A stretch of 64,000 nt of DNA from Candidatus Micrarchaeota archaeon (GCA_026413965.1 JAOAJY010000003.1:27727-91726), one strand, 5' to 3'. Shown: positions 43,961 to 53,249, counted from the first letter of the stretch. Notes: a model not told the origin generated them from the sequence alone. Made by a program: numbers and translations.

Positions 43961-45283
43961 TCATTCGGCTCCCACTGCCCTCTCCACTATCTCCACTGCC
44001 TCGCCTATGTAATTTTTTGGCTGGAAGAGAGAGGCGAGCTCCTCTTTGGAAATCAGGCGGGCAACCTCTGGCTTGGAAAGCAGGACATCAAAAAGCTTGC
44101 TTTTGTCCCGGAAAGCCTCCATGCTGCAGTTGCGTATCAGCTCATGGGCCTCCTGCCTCCCCATCCCTTTCTCAGTGAGGGCAATCATCACCCTTTCAGC
44201 CATTATCGCGCCGCTTGTGAGCTCCAGGTTGCGCTCTATGTTCTCAGGGAAAAACTGCAGGCCTGCGAGTATTTTGTTCATCTCCAAAAGCATATAGTCA
44301 GTCACAATGAAAGATTCCGCGAAGATGAACCTCTCGTTTGCGGAGTTGGTCAGGTCCCGCTCATGCTCAAGCGGGATGTTCTCCAACGCCACCTGAAGGT
44401 TGGAGCGGACAATTCGCGCAAGCGAGCAAACCCTTTCGCACTTGTGCGGATTTCTTTTCTGGGGCATGGTGGAGGAGCCGACCTGCTTTGAGGCGAACGG
44501 CTCTGCCACCTCCATTATCTCAGTCCTCTGCAGGTTGCGTATCTCCTTGGCTATTTTCTCAAGCGTGCAGGCTATCAGCGCAAGCGCAAAGAGGACTTGG
44601 GCATGCCTGTCCCGCTGGACCACTTGGTTGGTGACTTTGTCAGGCTTCAAGCCCAGGCTTTCCATGACTATTGACTGGATTTCGTAGCCTTTTCCCTGAA
44701 AAGTCGCCATTGTTCCTGCTGCGCCTGACATTTTCCCGACAGATATCGCCTCCTCAGCGGAATCCAGCCTCTCAAGGTGCCTCTCCACCTCGGCGAACCA
44801 CAGCGCAAACTTCATGCCATAAGTCGTGGGAACAGCATGCTGCCCGTGCGTGCGGGCAACGCAAACCAATGATTTCCTTTGCAGAGCATGCTGCTTGAGG
44901 ATGGCTTTCGCCGCAAGCAGCCTTTTTCTTATGATCTGTATGGCGCGCTTGAGGGTGAGGGCAGCGGCGGTGTCCTCTATGTCATAGGAGGTTGCCCCCA
45001 AGTGCACATATCCTCCATGCTTTCTGCATTTTTCAGAAAGCGCTCGGACCATCGCCATAAGGTCATGGTGGATTTCGGCTTCTATCTCCTCAACCCTGGC
45101 AAGCTCCACCTTGCCTGCCGCCTGCTCAATCTCCTTGGCGGCTTCAATAGGGATATTCCCAAGCTTTGCGTGGGCATACGCCAGGGCAACTTCCACTTCC
45201 AGCCACGACTTGAGCTTTGCCTGCTCATCAAAAAGCGCATTCATCTCGGTTTTGTAACGAGACTCAAGAGGCGAGACTGCCAT
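43961..45283 (-). CDS. purB: Adenylosuccinate lyase
   Basis: 440 aa. SPLESRY and HLGATSYDI are present, and the fumarate-lyase signature is GSSTMPQKRNP. Confidence 0.9.
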   Translation of the reverse strand: MAVSPLESRYKTEMNALFDEQAKLKSWLEVEVALAYAHAKLGNIPIEAAKEIEQAAGKVELARVEEIEAEIHHDLMAMVRALSEKCRKHGGYVHLGATSYDIEDTAAALTLKRAIQIIRKRLLAAKAILKQHALQRKSLVCVARTHGQHAVPTTYGMKFALWFAEVERHLERLDSAEEAISVGKMSGAAGTMATFQGKGYEIQSIVMESLGLKPDKVTNQVVQRDRHAQVLFALALIACTLEKIAKEIRNLQRTEIMEVAEPFASKQVGSSTMPQKRNPHKCERVCSLARIVRSNLQVALENIPLEHERDLTNSANERFIFAESFIVTDYMLLEMNKILAGLQFFPENIERNLELTSGAIMAERVMIALTEKGMGRQEAHELIRNCSMEAFRDKSKLFDVLLSKPEVARLISKEELASLFQPKNYIGEAVEIVERAVGAE

Positions 45284-45398
45284 GCCAACACCCTTTGCGG
45301 GAAGACTTTATAGGCTAAGGCTTTCTGACCTTTTGGCCTCCCGCAGCCTTCATTGGGCAGGAGAGGTTTAAAATAGTGGCTGGTTTGCCGCAAAAAAG

Positions 45399-45501
45399 TG
45401 CGGATGCCGGGATTTCCACTTTCCCGAAACATGCGCCTTGATTTGAACCCGGACCTTTGACTTGGAAGGCCAAGATACTAGCCAGGTTATACTACATCCG
45501 C
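45399..45501 (-). tRNA. tRNA-Gly(UCC) with a 29-nt T-loop intron
   Basis: Reverse-complement fold: acceptor GCGGATG/CATCCGC; D arm GTAT-AACCTGGCTA-GTAT; anticodon arm TTGGC-CTTCCAA-GTCAA; T stem CCGGG/CCCGG enclosing 36 nt (45412-45447) instead of 7; discriminator A. An oligo-T run follows the 3' end. Confidence 0.75.
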
Positions 45502-45595
45502 ACAGATAAATAAGATGGCAGAAGGCTTTTTATTTGTACAAGCTCGGCGATGGATTATAATGTTTGCTTGCAAATTCATGGGCATGGCTTGGAAA

Positions 45596-46009
45596 ATGGA
45601 TGAGATTGACCGCAAGATAATAGAGCTTCTGCGCGAAAATTCCGCCCAAGCCAACGCAAAGATAGGGAAAAAGGTTGGGCTTTCAGAGCCTGCCACAAGA
45701 AGAAGGATAGGGAACCTTGTCAAGCACGGAATCATACAGCGCTTCACCATAGATGTCAATGAAAGCGGCGGGGTGCAGGCGCTCGTGTTCATCTCCACCT
45801 CATCCCACACCCCATCAGAAAAAGTCGCAAGGCAGCTTGCGAAGGAGGCAGGCGTCGGATTCATTTGGGAAACTTCTGGGGACATGGACATTGCCATAAC
45901 TTTGTCTGCGCCGGACATGGGAACGCTGAACCAAAGGCTGGACAAAATAAGGCTGATTGAGGCCATCAAAAAAACCAAGACCTTTCTTGTGATGAAAAAA
46001 TGGCGCTAG
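45596..46009 (+). CDS. lrp: Lrp/AsnC-family transcriptional regulator
   Basis: MDEIDRKIIELLRENSAQANAKIGKKVGLSEPATRRRIGNLVKHGIIQRF (HTH) plus a C-terminal RAM-like domain. The start could be an upstream ATG at 45578 or 45584. The track start at 45515 abuts the tRNA. Confidence 0.8.
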   Translation: MDEIDRKIIELLRENSAQANAKIGKKVGLSEPATRRRIGNLVKHGIIQRFTIDVNESGGVQALVFISTSSHTPSEKVARQLAKEAGVGFIWETSGDMDIAITLSAPDMGTLNQRLDKIRLIEAIKKTKTFLVMKKWR

Positions 46010-46243
46010 TCAAATGGAGTGCGAATCCGGCTGCCGTTCCTTGATTGGATTTTCAGCCAAGACTTTTTCTTTGACCATCCGCCTTATTTGGTAATCCACT
46101 GCGCCAGCAGACCAGCCTTTCTTCAAGCCTATGCGCTCCGCTATTTGAGAGTCTGCAGCCCTGCCTTGCAGGAAACTCCTTGCCCTGGCTATGAACTCCA
46201 AATCCTCCCTTGTGAATTTTCCGCTTGTTGCCTGAGCAGGCAT
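46010..46243 (-). CDS. Small putative HTH protein (77 aa)
   Basis: Internal ATG (MPAQATSGKFTREDLEFIARARSFLQG...IAERIGLKKGWSAGAVDYQIRRM). The longer track ORF overlaps the upstream M20 gene. Confidence 0.45.
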   Translation of the reverse strand: MPAQATSGKFTREDLEFIARARSFLQGRAADSQIAERIGLKKGWSAGAVDYQIRRMVKEKVLAENPIKERQPDSHSI

Positions 46244-46247
46244 CAGC

Positions 46248-47396
46248 TCACCTCCCAAGAATCTCTTGCAGAATCTTTGGCATCTTGCCAAACATGAGCA
46301 GGTAGTCTTTTTTTGAGACCCACTCCCCAAAGCTGTGCGCCCCTCCTCCCTTTATGCCCACTGTCACCACCGGGACTCCGCTAAGCGAGATTATGTTCTC
46401 ATCAGCGACTGTCAGGCCAAAAGACAGCCGATAGCTTCCTGCGTGCTTTTCATAGGCTGAAAGGAAGCGGATGACCTCTGGGCTGCGCCTGTCGGTCTTG
46501 TAGGCAGGAAGATAGGGCGTTTTTCTTTCCGGTATTTCTACTTCCCATCTGCACCGAGGAGGGAAAGGCAGGCTGGAAAGCCTGCTTTTTAGGTAGGCAA
46601 GAAAGGATTCTGAGGAGAATGGAGGGGCAAAGTGCGCATCCGCCTCAAAAGCCGCCTCTGTAGGGACAGAAAGAGAGGAGGACTCTGAATGGAAGGAGCG
46701 TATGAAAACCCTGCATTCCCCTGCGGGCAAGCGAGGCATTTTGATTTTTTGGATTGCCGCAGCAAGCCTGAATGCGAGGCTGATTGCGCTCTCGCCTCCT
46801 CCTGAAGCCCCATGCGCGCCTATGCCGAAAACCCTGAAGCGATAGACGCACCGCCCTCTCCTGCCCAAAATTATTGGAGGGCGGGAAAGCCTGCTTTTTT
46901 GGGCGCTGTCAGGTATCTCATGAGATATTGCCAGAGAGCAGCCGCGGAATTCGCCGGAACGGTGGGCTGCCCATGTCCCCTCAGATATGTTCTCCTCATC
47001 AGAAGTCAGGACTACCCGTATTCCCCTTTTGGATACTTTGCAGGCTCTTGCGCACTCAAGCAGAACCGCAAGCCCTGCCTTCATGTCCCATGCGCCAAGT
47101 CCGTATATCCTGCCGCCTTTGATTAGCATGCGGAAAGGGTCTTTGCCTGCATAATTGTAAGGCGGAACGGTGTCAAGATGGGCTGAGAGGAGGACTGAGC
47201 CTGCCCTTGGGCCCTTTTGCGCAATAACATTGAATCGCCCTTTGGAGTATTCCTGAAGCTTTACCTCAAAGCCGCAATCGGAAAGATAGCCGGCGCAGAA
47301 CTTTGCGAGGGAGGCTTCGTTGGGGAATACTGAGTTGATGGAAACCAGCTTCCTCAAAATCCAAATCGGGCGGCTTTTATCCACAGCAATCACCAA
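46248..47396 (-). CDS. M20-family metallohydrolase (ArgE/DapE/CPG2-like)
   Basis: LLSAHLDTVPP, GAWDMKAG and TSDEENISEG. 382 aa. Confidence 0.75.
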   Translation of the reverse strand: MVIAVDKSRPIWILRKLVSINSVFPNEASLAKFCAGYLSDCGFEVKLQEYSKGRFNVIAQKGPRAGSVLLSAHLDTVPPYNYAGKDPFRMLIKGGRIYGLGAWDMKAGLAVLLECARACKVSKRGIRVVLTSDEENISEGTWAAHRSGEFRGCSLAISHEIPDSAQKSRLSRPPIILGRRGRCVYRFRVFGIGAHGASGGGESAISLAFRLAAAIQKIKMPRLPAGECRVFIRSFHSESSSLSVPTEAAFEADAHFAPPFSSESFLAYLKSRLSSLPFPPRCRWEVEIPERKTPYLPAYKTDRRSPEVIRFLSAYEKHAGSYRLSFGLTVADENIISLSGVPVVTVGIKGGGAHSFGEWVSKKDYLLMFGKMPKILQEILGR

Positions 47397-48460
47397 ATTG
47401 CGCGCCTTAAGGTTGGCTGGGCAGCCTCCTGGCGAATTGGAGGCTTGCGCAAAAGAGGAAGGCTGTCTCCTGAGAATGCCCGGTTTCTTATCCTGTTTTC
47501 CTCAATCAGCCTGATGGTCTCTGGCTGGCGCAAAAACAAAGCCAGCCCCCTCATGACCACGTTGTTTTTGGTCCTGTAATTCCTCACCCTCAGCTCCTGC
47601 TCTGTGTCGGACTTGAGAATAGGGGTGCCTGAGGAAAAGAGTATGGTTGGCCCATGGTCAATCTGCTCATCCACCACATGAAGGGTCGCGCCTGTGGTTG
47701 AGCGGAAGATGTTTCTTTGGCTTTGCAGCAGGACTTCGCCCTCCTTGAACTCGGCAGGAATGCCCATCCTCTGGAAGATGTTCTTTATGCTGGAGTCATA
47801 TCCGTTTCTTCTGATGGATATTTTTTCGCGGTTTTCCCAAAGCTGCTTTCTTGCCTCATGCCTGTCCTGGCGCAAGCCCGAGAAGAATTTGGCTCTTGCC
47901 AAAGCATCTCTGGTGGGGAAAATGCCCGGCACCTCGCTTGCTATGCCTGGGTGGATGTTTAATATAAGGCCCCGGTAGCCTATGGATGGGTCAAGCATTA
48001 TTGAGTTGAAAAGGACAGCATAGGAGTCTGAGAGGATGATGTCTATGCTGTTTTGCCGCATGAAGGAAAGCATCCTTTCCTCGTATTCCATCTTTGCCTT
48101 CTGCTTTTGGGGATTCATGATCCGCCCACTTGGGCTGTCCACATGCGCAGGAAGAGACCTCCAAAAAGAGGAGCCTTCCACATGGAAAACTATATTGTGC
48201 CTTCTGCAGAATTCTCTGAGGAAAACAAACGCCTCGTTTTCTTTCTCAAGCCTCCTTTTTTGGTATTCTTTGCCGTCATCATCGACAAAAACAGCCGCTA
48301 TTTGCAGGCTGGAATGAAGCGGGTGGGAATTTGCCAGGCTGTGGAGGAACTCCAAAGTGGGCACAATCCTTGCATCACGCCCCACCCCTTCGCTGTGAAG
48401 CTCGCGGGGAGAGGTCACATATGCCAGCCTGATTTTTTTGCTTGCTTCCATGCCATGCAT
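47390..48460 (-). CDS. Divergent formyltransferase-domain protein
   Basis: LILNIHPG and LHVVDEQIDHGP match the N/H/D catalytic pattern of PurN/Fmt/PurU. A roughly 70-aa insert separates them, and there is a roughly 150-aa N-terminal extension. Confidence 0.6.
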   Translation of the reverse strand: MHGMEASKKIRLAYVTSPRELHSEGVGRDARIVPTLEFLHSLANSHPLHSSLQIAAVFVDDDGKEYQKRRLEKENEAFVFLREFCRRHNIVFHVEGSSFWRSLPAHVDSPSGRIMNPQKQKAKMEYEERMLSFMRQNSIDIILSDSYAVLFNSIMLDPSIGYRGLILNIHPGIASEVPGIFPTRDALARAKFFSGLRQDRHEARKQLWENREKISIRRNGYDSSIKNIFQRMGIPAEFKEGEVLLQSQRNIFRSTTGATLHVVDEQIDHGPTILFSSGTPILKSDTEQELRVRNYRTKNNVVMRGLALFLRQPETIRLIEENRIRNRAFSGDSLPLLRKPPIRQEAAQPTLRRAIW

Positions 48461-48479
48461 TCTGGAGGCATGGGTTTAA

Positions 48480-48570
48480 AAACAAATCGTTAATTTTTGG
48501 CTAAATAAATTATATAAAAAATAAAAAAAGACGAAAAACGTTATTTATTCAAAAATATTGGCGAAATCAG
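48480..48570. promoter_or_regulatory. AT-rich divergent promoter region
   Basis: TAAATAAATTATATAAAAAATAAAAAAAGACGAAAAACGTTATTTATTCAAAAATATT lies between the divergent starts at 48460 and 48632. This is the most A/T-rich stretch in the window. Confidence 0.4.
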
Positions 48571-48631
48571 AAAACAGCCTTGCGCGGCAAACTGATTAAT
48601 ATCTTAGCGCAGCAGAGTTGGTGGTTTTTGC

Positions 48632-49861
48632 ATGGCAGAAAATATTGGCAGAAAAGCGGTTGAGCTGCATAGGAAAAGCAGAGGGAAGCTGCAAGTTTGC
48701 CCCAAAGTGGATTGCAAAAGCAGCAGGGGGCTTTCCCTGGCATACACGCCCGGAGTTGCAGAGGTTTGCAGGGAGATAAAAAAAGACCCAAAGCAGGCAT
48801 ATGAGCTGACAATGAAATGGAACAGCGTGGCTGTGGTTTCGGACGGAAGCAGGGTGCTTGGGCTTGGGAATGTCGGCCCGCTGGCTGCCTTGCCTGTGAT
48901 GGAAGGAAAGGCCGCTCTTTTCAAATCCTATGCAAATATTGACGCCTTCCCCATATGCCTCTCTTGCCAAAAAGAGGAGGAGATTGCCTTTGCGGTGGAG
49001 GCAATTTCCCCATCATTTGGAGGCATAAACTTGGAGGATATAGAGTCCCCCAAGTGCTTTGAGGTTGAGCGCAGGCTTATGCAGAAGCTGGACATCCCTG
49101 TTTTCCACGACGACCAGCACGGCACGGCGGTGGTTGTGCTTGCGGGCTTGATGAACGCCTTGAAGCTTGTTGGGAAGAGCAAGAAGCAGGCGCGGGTGGT
49201 GGTGTTGGGCGCAGGGGCAGCAGGCTCGGCGATAGCCAAGCTGCTGAGCAAAGACGGATTTGGGGAAATCCTTGTCTGCGACAGCAGGGGAATAATCAGC
49301 CAAAGGGAAGATTTGCCTGGCCACAAGCTTGAGCTTGCGAAGCTGAACAGGAAGAATGAAAGCGGCACGCTTGCGGATGCGCTGAAGGGGGCTGATGTTT
49401 TGGTGGGGGCCTCTGCCCCAAACATATTGGGGGAAAGGGAAATCAAAAGCATGGCAGGCTCGCCTATAGTGTTTGCCCTCTCCAACCCTGACCCAGAGAT
49501 ATCTCCTCAAAAAGCCAAAAGGGCAAATGTCGCAGTCTTTGGCACTGCTCGCGCGGATTTGCCAAACCAGATAAACAATGTGCTTGGATTTCCGGGCATA
49601 TTCAGGGGAGCGCTGATGGCAAGAAGCAGAAGGATAAGCGAGGGGATGATGCTTGCCGCATCGCGCGCAATTGCAGGCGTGCTTGGGGAGGATGAGATTT
49701 CAAAGGAGAGGGTGGTGCCGCTGGCTTTTGATGCGAGGGTGGTGCCGGCTGTGGCATTGTCGGTGGCGCAAGCATCCATGCAAGAAGGCTACGCAAGGCA
49801 AAAGCTCAGCGAAAAGGAGCTGAAAGCTGAGCTTGAGCGCTTAGGTCTGCTGAATTTATAA
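48632..49861 (+). CDS. NAD(P)-dependent malic enzyme
   Basis: SLAYTPGVA, AVVSDGSRVLGLGNVGPLAALPVMEGKAALFK, FHDDQHGTAVV and GAGAAGSAI. Confidence 0.9.
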   Translation: MAENIGRKAVELHRKSRGKLQVCPKVDCKSSRGLSLAYTPGVAEVCREIKKDPKQAYELTMKWNSVAVVSDGSRVLGLGNVGPLAALPVMEGKAALFKSYANIDAFPICLSCQKEEEIAFAVEAISPSFGGINLEDIESPKCFEVERRLMQKLDIPVFHDDQHGTAVVVLAGLMNALKLVGKSKKQARVVVLGAGAAGSAIAKLLSKDGFGEILVCDSRGIISQREDLPGHKLELAKLNRKNESGTLADALKGADVLVGASAPNILGEREIKSMAGSPIVFALSNPDPEISPQKAKRANVAVFGTARADLPNQINNVLGFPGIFRGALMARSRRISEGMMLAASRAIAGVLGEDEISKERVVPLAFDARVVPAVALSVAQASMQEGYARQKLSEKELKAELERLGLLNL

Positions 49862-49880
49862 TTGCTGGCTGGAAAAACTC

Positions 49881-51824
49881 ATGGGTGAGAGAATGCGCCT
49901 GGGGATTTTTGCCTTGCTGGCTTTGGTTTTTTCCGGAAGCATTTGGGCTGGCTTCACATTTTTGTATGAGCTGAACGGAAGCAGCCAGGAGAATCCGTCT
50001 GACGAGAGCCTGCTTTTCGCCACCCCAAGCGGAGTTTTCCATTCTGGCGGAAAGCTTTATGTCTCAGATTCAGGAAAAGGGGCTTTGTATGTCTTCAACG
50101 GGACAAAGCGCGTCAATGTTATGGTTTCCTTGGGGGGATCGGCGCTGACAGGGCCTCTGAGAATGGGGCAAGACCCGCAGGATGCCCAGCAAACTATATA
50201 CATAGCGGATGGCAACTCTGGCAGGATAAAGACTTATGCAGGCAGCGGCTCTGAGATTGATGTGTGGAACCCAAGCTCCAACATGGAGCGCCCAAGCGGG
50301 ATTGCCTTTGACAGCCAAAACGCATACATCGCAGACATGGTGGGCGGAAGAGTGTATGCCTACTCAAAAAGCACCAAGGCATTCTCAAAAATAGCGGTTG
50401 AAAGGGGAGAGTCTGACGGCCTGCTTTCCTCTCCTGCGGATATAGAGAAATACGGAGACTTGTTTTTCGTGTCAGATTCAGGCAAAGGGCTGGTGTTTGT
50501 GTATGACTCCAACTTCACCTACAAATATGCCATAGGGAGAGGGAAAGGGGGAGTGGTTCTCAAATCCCCAAGAGGCATCCATGCCCATGACGGGATGCTT
50601 TTTGTGGCTGACGCCACAGGCAACAGGATTGTGGTTTACACGCTCACCGGCTATCCGATTGACTCTTTGGGCTCTGCGAACCTTTCTTATCCGGAAGACG
50701 TATTTGTCTCAGGAAGCACTGCATATGTGGCAGACAGCTTCAACCGGAAGGTGAGAATATACAACTTCAGCAAGCCTGAAGGGAACCAAGAGACCTTGGG
50801 CTTGATAAAAGCCGCCAACCAGTCGGTGCAGGAGCTTTACGAGCTGCGCAAAATAGCCCAAAAGCTTGGCTTGGCTGAGGCAGGCTCCTCTCACGAAGGG
50901 AAGCTTGAGGAGGCTCTTGAGGAATACAGAAACTACCAATTCACTGCTGCCTCAAAAATAGCTGAGAGGGCAAAGGAGGAGGCCGAGAATGAAAAGAAAG
51001 AGATTCGCCAGTCCGCAAGCGTCCGCATAAAGCAGCTGGTCAAGCAGGCAAAGGATTACCTTGCGCCTGCCAGGAAAAAGGCTGAAAATGAGCCTTCCCT
51101 TGCTGCTCTCCTTTCGGATTTTGACAGGAAAAGCGCTGATGCCGAAGCAAAGCTTTCTGCTGGAAATTACATGCAATCTGCAGAGCTTGCGCTGTCCCTT
51201 TCGCCCATGGCAGAAAGCATAAGGAAAAAAGCGGAGGAGCTTGAAAGCAGTCAGGCGTCTGCCTTGCGCAACCAGACGCAAGCTTCATTGCTGATGGAGC
51301 TTGAGGGCATGAGCGCAAGAATATCTGCCTTGCAGGCGAAAGCCGAAAAATACCGCCAGGACATCAACCTCACAAATGCGCAAAGGCTTGTCCGGCTCGC
51401 CAACTCCTCAATTCTGGCAGGGGATAGCGAGGCTGCAGGCTCCTCTTTGAGGCTTGCGGAAGTGGATGTGCGGGTCAATGAGGGGATGCTGGAGAAGAGG
51501 GTTTTGGAGATTGAGTCCGCGCTTGCCAACTTGACTGCTTTTGAGACTATGCTGAATGCATCCGCAGCAAAGCCTGTGCTTTTGCCGCCTGACTTCAAGC
51601 AGGAAAGGGAGCTGATTGCGCAGGCAAGAGAAAGCGTCTATGGCAACCCGCAAATGGCAGTGCAGATGGGCAAAAAGGCAGCGGAGGATGCTGAGGGGAA
51701 AGCAAAAGATGCGCAAAGGATCTCGGTTGCCGCTGCGGCTTTGCTGGTGATGTTTGGCATGATAGCTGCGCTTTTCATTGCTTTTTTCCTCCATATTCGC
51801 GGAAAGAGGAGAGGTAGGCTTTAG
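49881..51824 (+). CDS. Surface protein: NHL-repeat beta-propeller + coiled coil + C-terminal TM
   Basis: Signal peptide MRLGIFALLALVFSGSIWA. Six NHL-like blades (LYVSDSGKGALYVF, IYIADGNSGRIKTY, AYIADMVGGRVYAY, FFVSDSGKGLVFVY, LFVADATGNRIVVY, AYVADSFNRKVRIY). Then about 300 aa of coiled coil, then the TM VAAAALLVMFGMIAALFIAFFL followed by RGKRRGRL. Confidence 0.8.
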   Translation: MGERMRLGIFALLALVFSGSIWAGFTFLYELNGSSQENPSDESLLFATPSGVFHSGGKLYVSDSGKGALYVFNGTKRVNVMVSLGGSALTGPLRMGQDPQDAQQTIYIADGNSGRIKTYAGSGSEIDVWNPSSNMERPSGIAFDSQNAYIADMVGGRVYAYSKSTKAFSKIAVERGESDGLLSSPADIEKYGDLFFVSDSGKGLVFVYDSNFTYKYAIGRGKGGVVLKSPRGIHAHDGMLFVADATGNRIVVYTLTGYPIDSLGSANLSYPEDVFVSGSTAYVADSFNRKVRIYNFSKPEGNQETLGLIKAANQSVQELYELRKIAQKLGLAEAGSSHEGKLEEALEEYRNYQFTAASKIAERAKEEAENEKKEIRQSASVRIKQLVKQAKDYLAPARKKAENEPSLAALLSDFDRKSADAEAKLSAGNYMQSAELALSLSPMAESIRKKAEELESSQASALRNQTQASLLMELEGMSARISALQAKAEKYRQDINLTNAQRLVRLANSSILAGDSEAAGSSLRLAEVDVRVNEGMLEKRVLEIESALANLTAFETMLNASAAKPVLLPPDFKQERELIAQARESVYGNPQMAVQMGKKAAEDAEGKAKDAQRISVAAAALLVMFGMIAALFIAFFLHIRGKRRGRL

Positions 51825-52478
51825 ATGGTTCTTCCTGAAGGCATCCTCAAAAAAAGCAAAAGCGCTTTGGCAGTTTTGTCAGCCCTGTTTGGAATTGCAG
51901 GCATATTAATCTGCGCAGCTTCCCTTTTTGCGCTGCTTTCCGCAACTGCTGCCTTGGAGAAGATTTTGGCTGGGCAGCTTGATGCTGCCATAGCATCCGC
52001 CTCTGATTTGGAGAAATCCATCATCCAGGCATCGGAGGGGGCAGGGCATGGCGCTGATGCGGCTTACAGCCTGTCAAGCTCGCTTTCGCAATACTCCAGC
52101 TCCAGCAAAAGCCTGGCTGATTCGCTTTTGGCAATAAGCTCCATCCCAATAATAGGCTCGGATGGCAAAATATCCTCTGCAGCCTCATCGGCAAAGAAAG
52201 CAGCAGAATCATTCTCCAACTCCTCCTATTCCCTCAATTCGACTGCCCAATCCCTCTCCGAGCTTTCGGCTTCCTTGCGGAAAATCGGGGAGGATGTGCG
52301 CAAGGAGAGGAAGCTTCTGCTGGATGCAAAAGAGAAAGCCAAGGGCATTTTCTTTTGGCTTTATGCAGCAGAGATTTTGGCGGCATCAGGGCTTTGCCTG
52401 CTCTTCTCATCAGTCTGCTTTGTTTCATTCTCGGTGCTTTTGCACTACCGCAAAGATGAGGGAAAAGGCGGGCAATAG
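51825..52478 (+). CDS. Membrane protein with TM helices at both ends
   Basis: The ATG directly abuts the stop of the NHL gene. 217 aa with a Ser/Ala-rich helical middle. Confidence 0.6.
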   Translation: MVLPEGILKKSKSALAVLSALFGIAGILICAASLFALLSATAALEKILAGQLDAAIASASDLEKSIIQASEGAGHGADAAYSLSSSLSQYSSSSKSLADSLLAISSIPIIGSDGKISSAASSAKKAAESFSNSSYSLNSTAQSLSELSASLRKIGEDVRKERKLLLDAKEKAKGIFFWLYAAEILAASGLCLLFSSVCFVSFSVLLHYRKDEGKGGQ

Positions 52479-53249
52479 CTACTCGTTCAGGATGCCAAGG
52501 ATGCGCTTGTGTTGCCTTCCATTTGAGACAAGGAAAGATTTGGTGGAAAGGCTCCACTTCTGCCCCAGCAAATCCGTGGCTTTCGCCCCTGCCTGCTGGG
52601 CTATGAAAATCCCTGCCGCAAAATCATAAGGCTTGAGCTTGAAATCCATCTCTGCGTCAACCGTCCCGTCAGCAACATAGCACATCTCATGCACCGCTGT
52701 CCCAAGGAACCTGGTGTGCTGGCTCATCCGCTCAATCCTCAAAAGCCCGCGCAAAATCCCCATGTCCTCAGCAAGATGGATGCGGCTGTCGCAAAGCAGG
52801 AAAAAATCCTCCAATTTTTTGGTTTTTGAGACGGATATTGGCTTTCCGTTGAGAGTGGATTGCTTTCCTTTCTCTGCGTAATAAAGCCTTCTTTGGTTGG
52901 GTAGATACACCCCTCCTGCTTGCGGCTTGCCGCCTGAATAATGGGCGATTGAGATTCCGTAAAGCGGGATGCCTTGGATGAAATTGTGCGTGCCGTCAAT
53001 CGGATCCACCACAAAAAGCGAGTCTGCCACCAAATCTTCCGGATGGTAGGACTCCTCTGACAAAATAAGAGAGCCCGGGTATTCTTTCTTTATCCTGCCT
53101 GCGATGAATTGCTCGGATGCGAAATCAGCGGAGGTTGCCCGGTCGTTCCTTCCTTTCACGGTTATCTTAAGCCCGGATTTTCTCGCCTCCTCTATCCTGC
53201 GAGCAGCCCCTATGAGGCAGGACTTTATGAAAATCTCCATGTCAGACAT
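52479..53249 (-). CDS. suhB: Inositol monophosphatase family protein (archaeal IMPase/FBPase type)
   Basis: LSEES, VVDPIDGTHNF and YDFAAGIFIAQQAG. Confidence 0.85.
   Translation of the reverse strand: MSDMEIFIKSCLIGAARRIEEARKSGLKITVKGRNDRATSADFASEQFIAGRIKKEYPGSLILSEESYHPEDLVADSLFVVDPIDGTHNFIQGIPLYGISIAHYSGGKPQAGGVYLPNQRRLYYAEKGKQSTLNGKPISVSKTKKLEDFFLLCDSRIHLAEDMGILRGLLRIERMSQHTRFLGTAVHEMCYVADGTVDAEMDFKLKPYDFAAGIFIAQQAGAKATDLLGQKWSLSTKSFLVSNGRQHKRILGILNE

Noticed and set aside
45487-45978. 163-aa minus-strand ORF, and the 45241-45432 ORF
   Set aside because: They overlap tRNA-Gly(UCC) and the Lrp-family gene on the opposite strand. The tRNA fold and the HTH motif explain the region.
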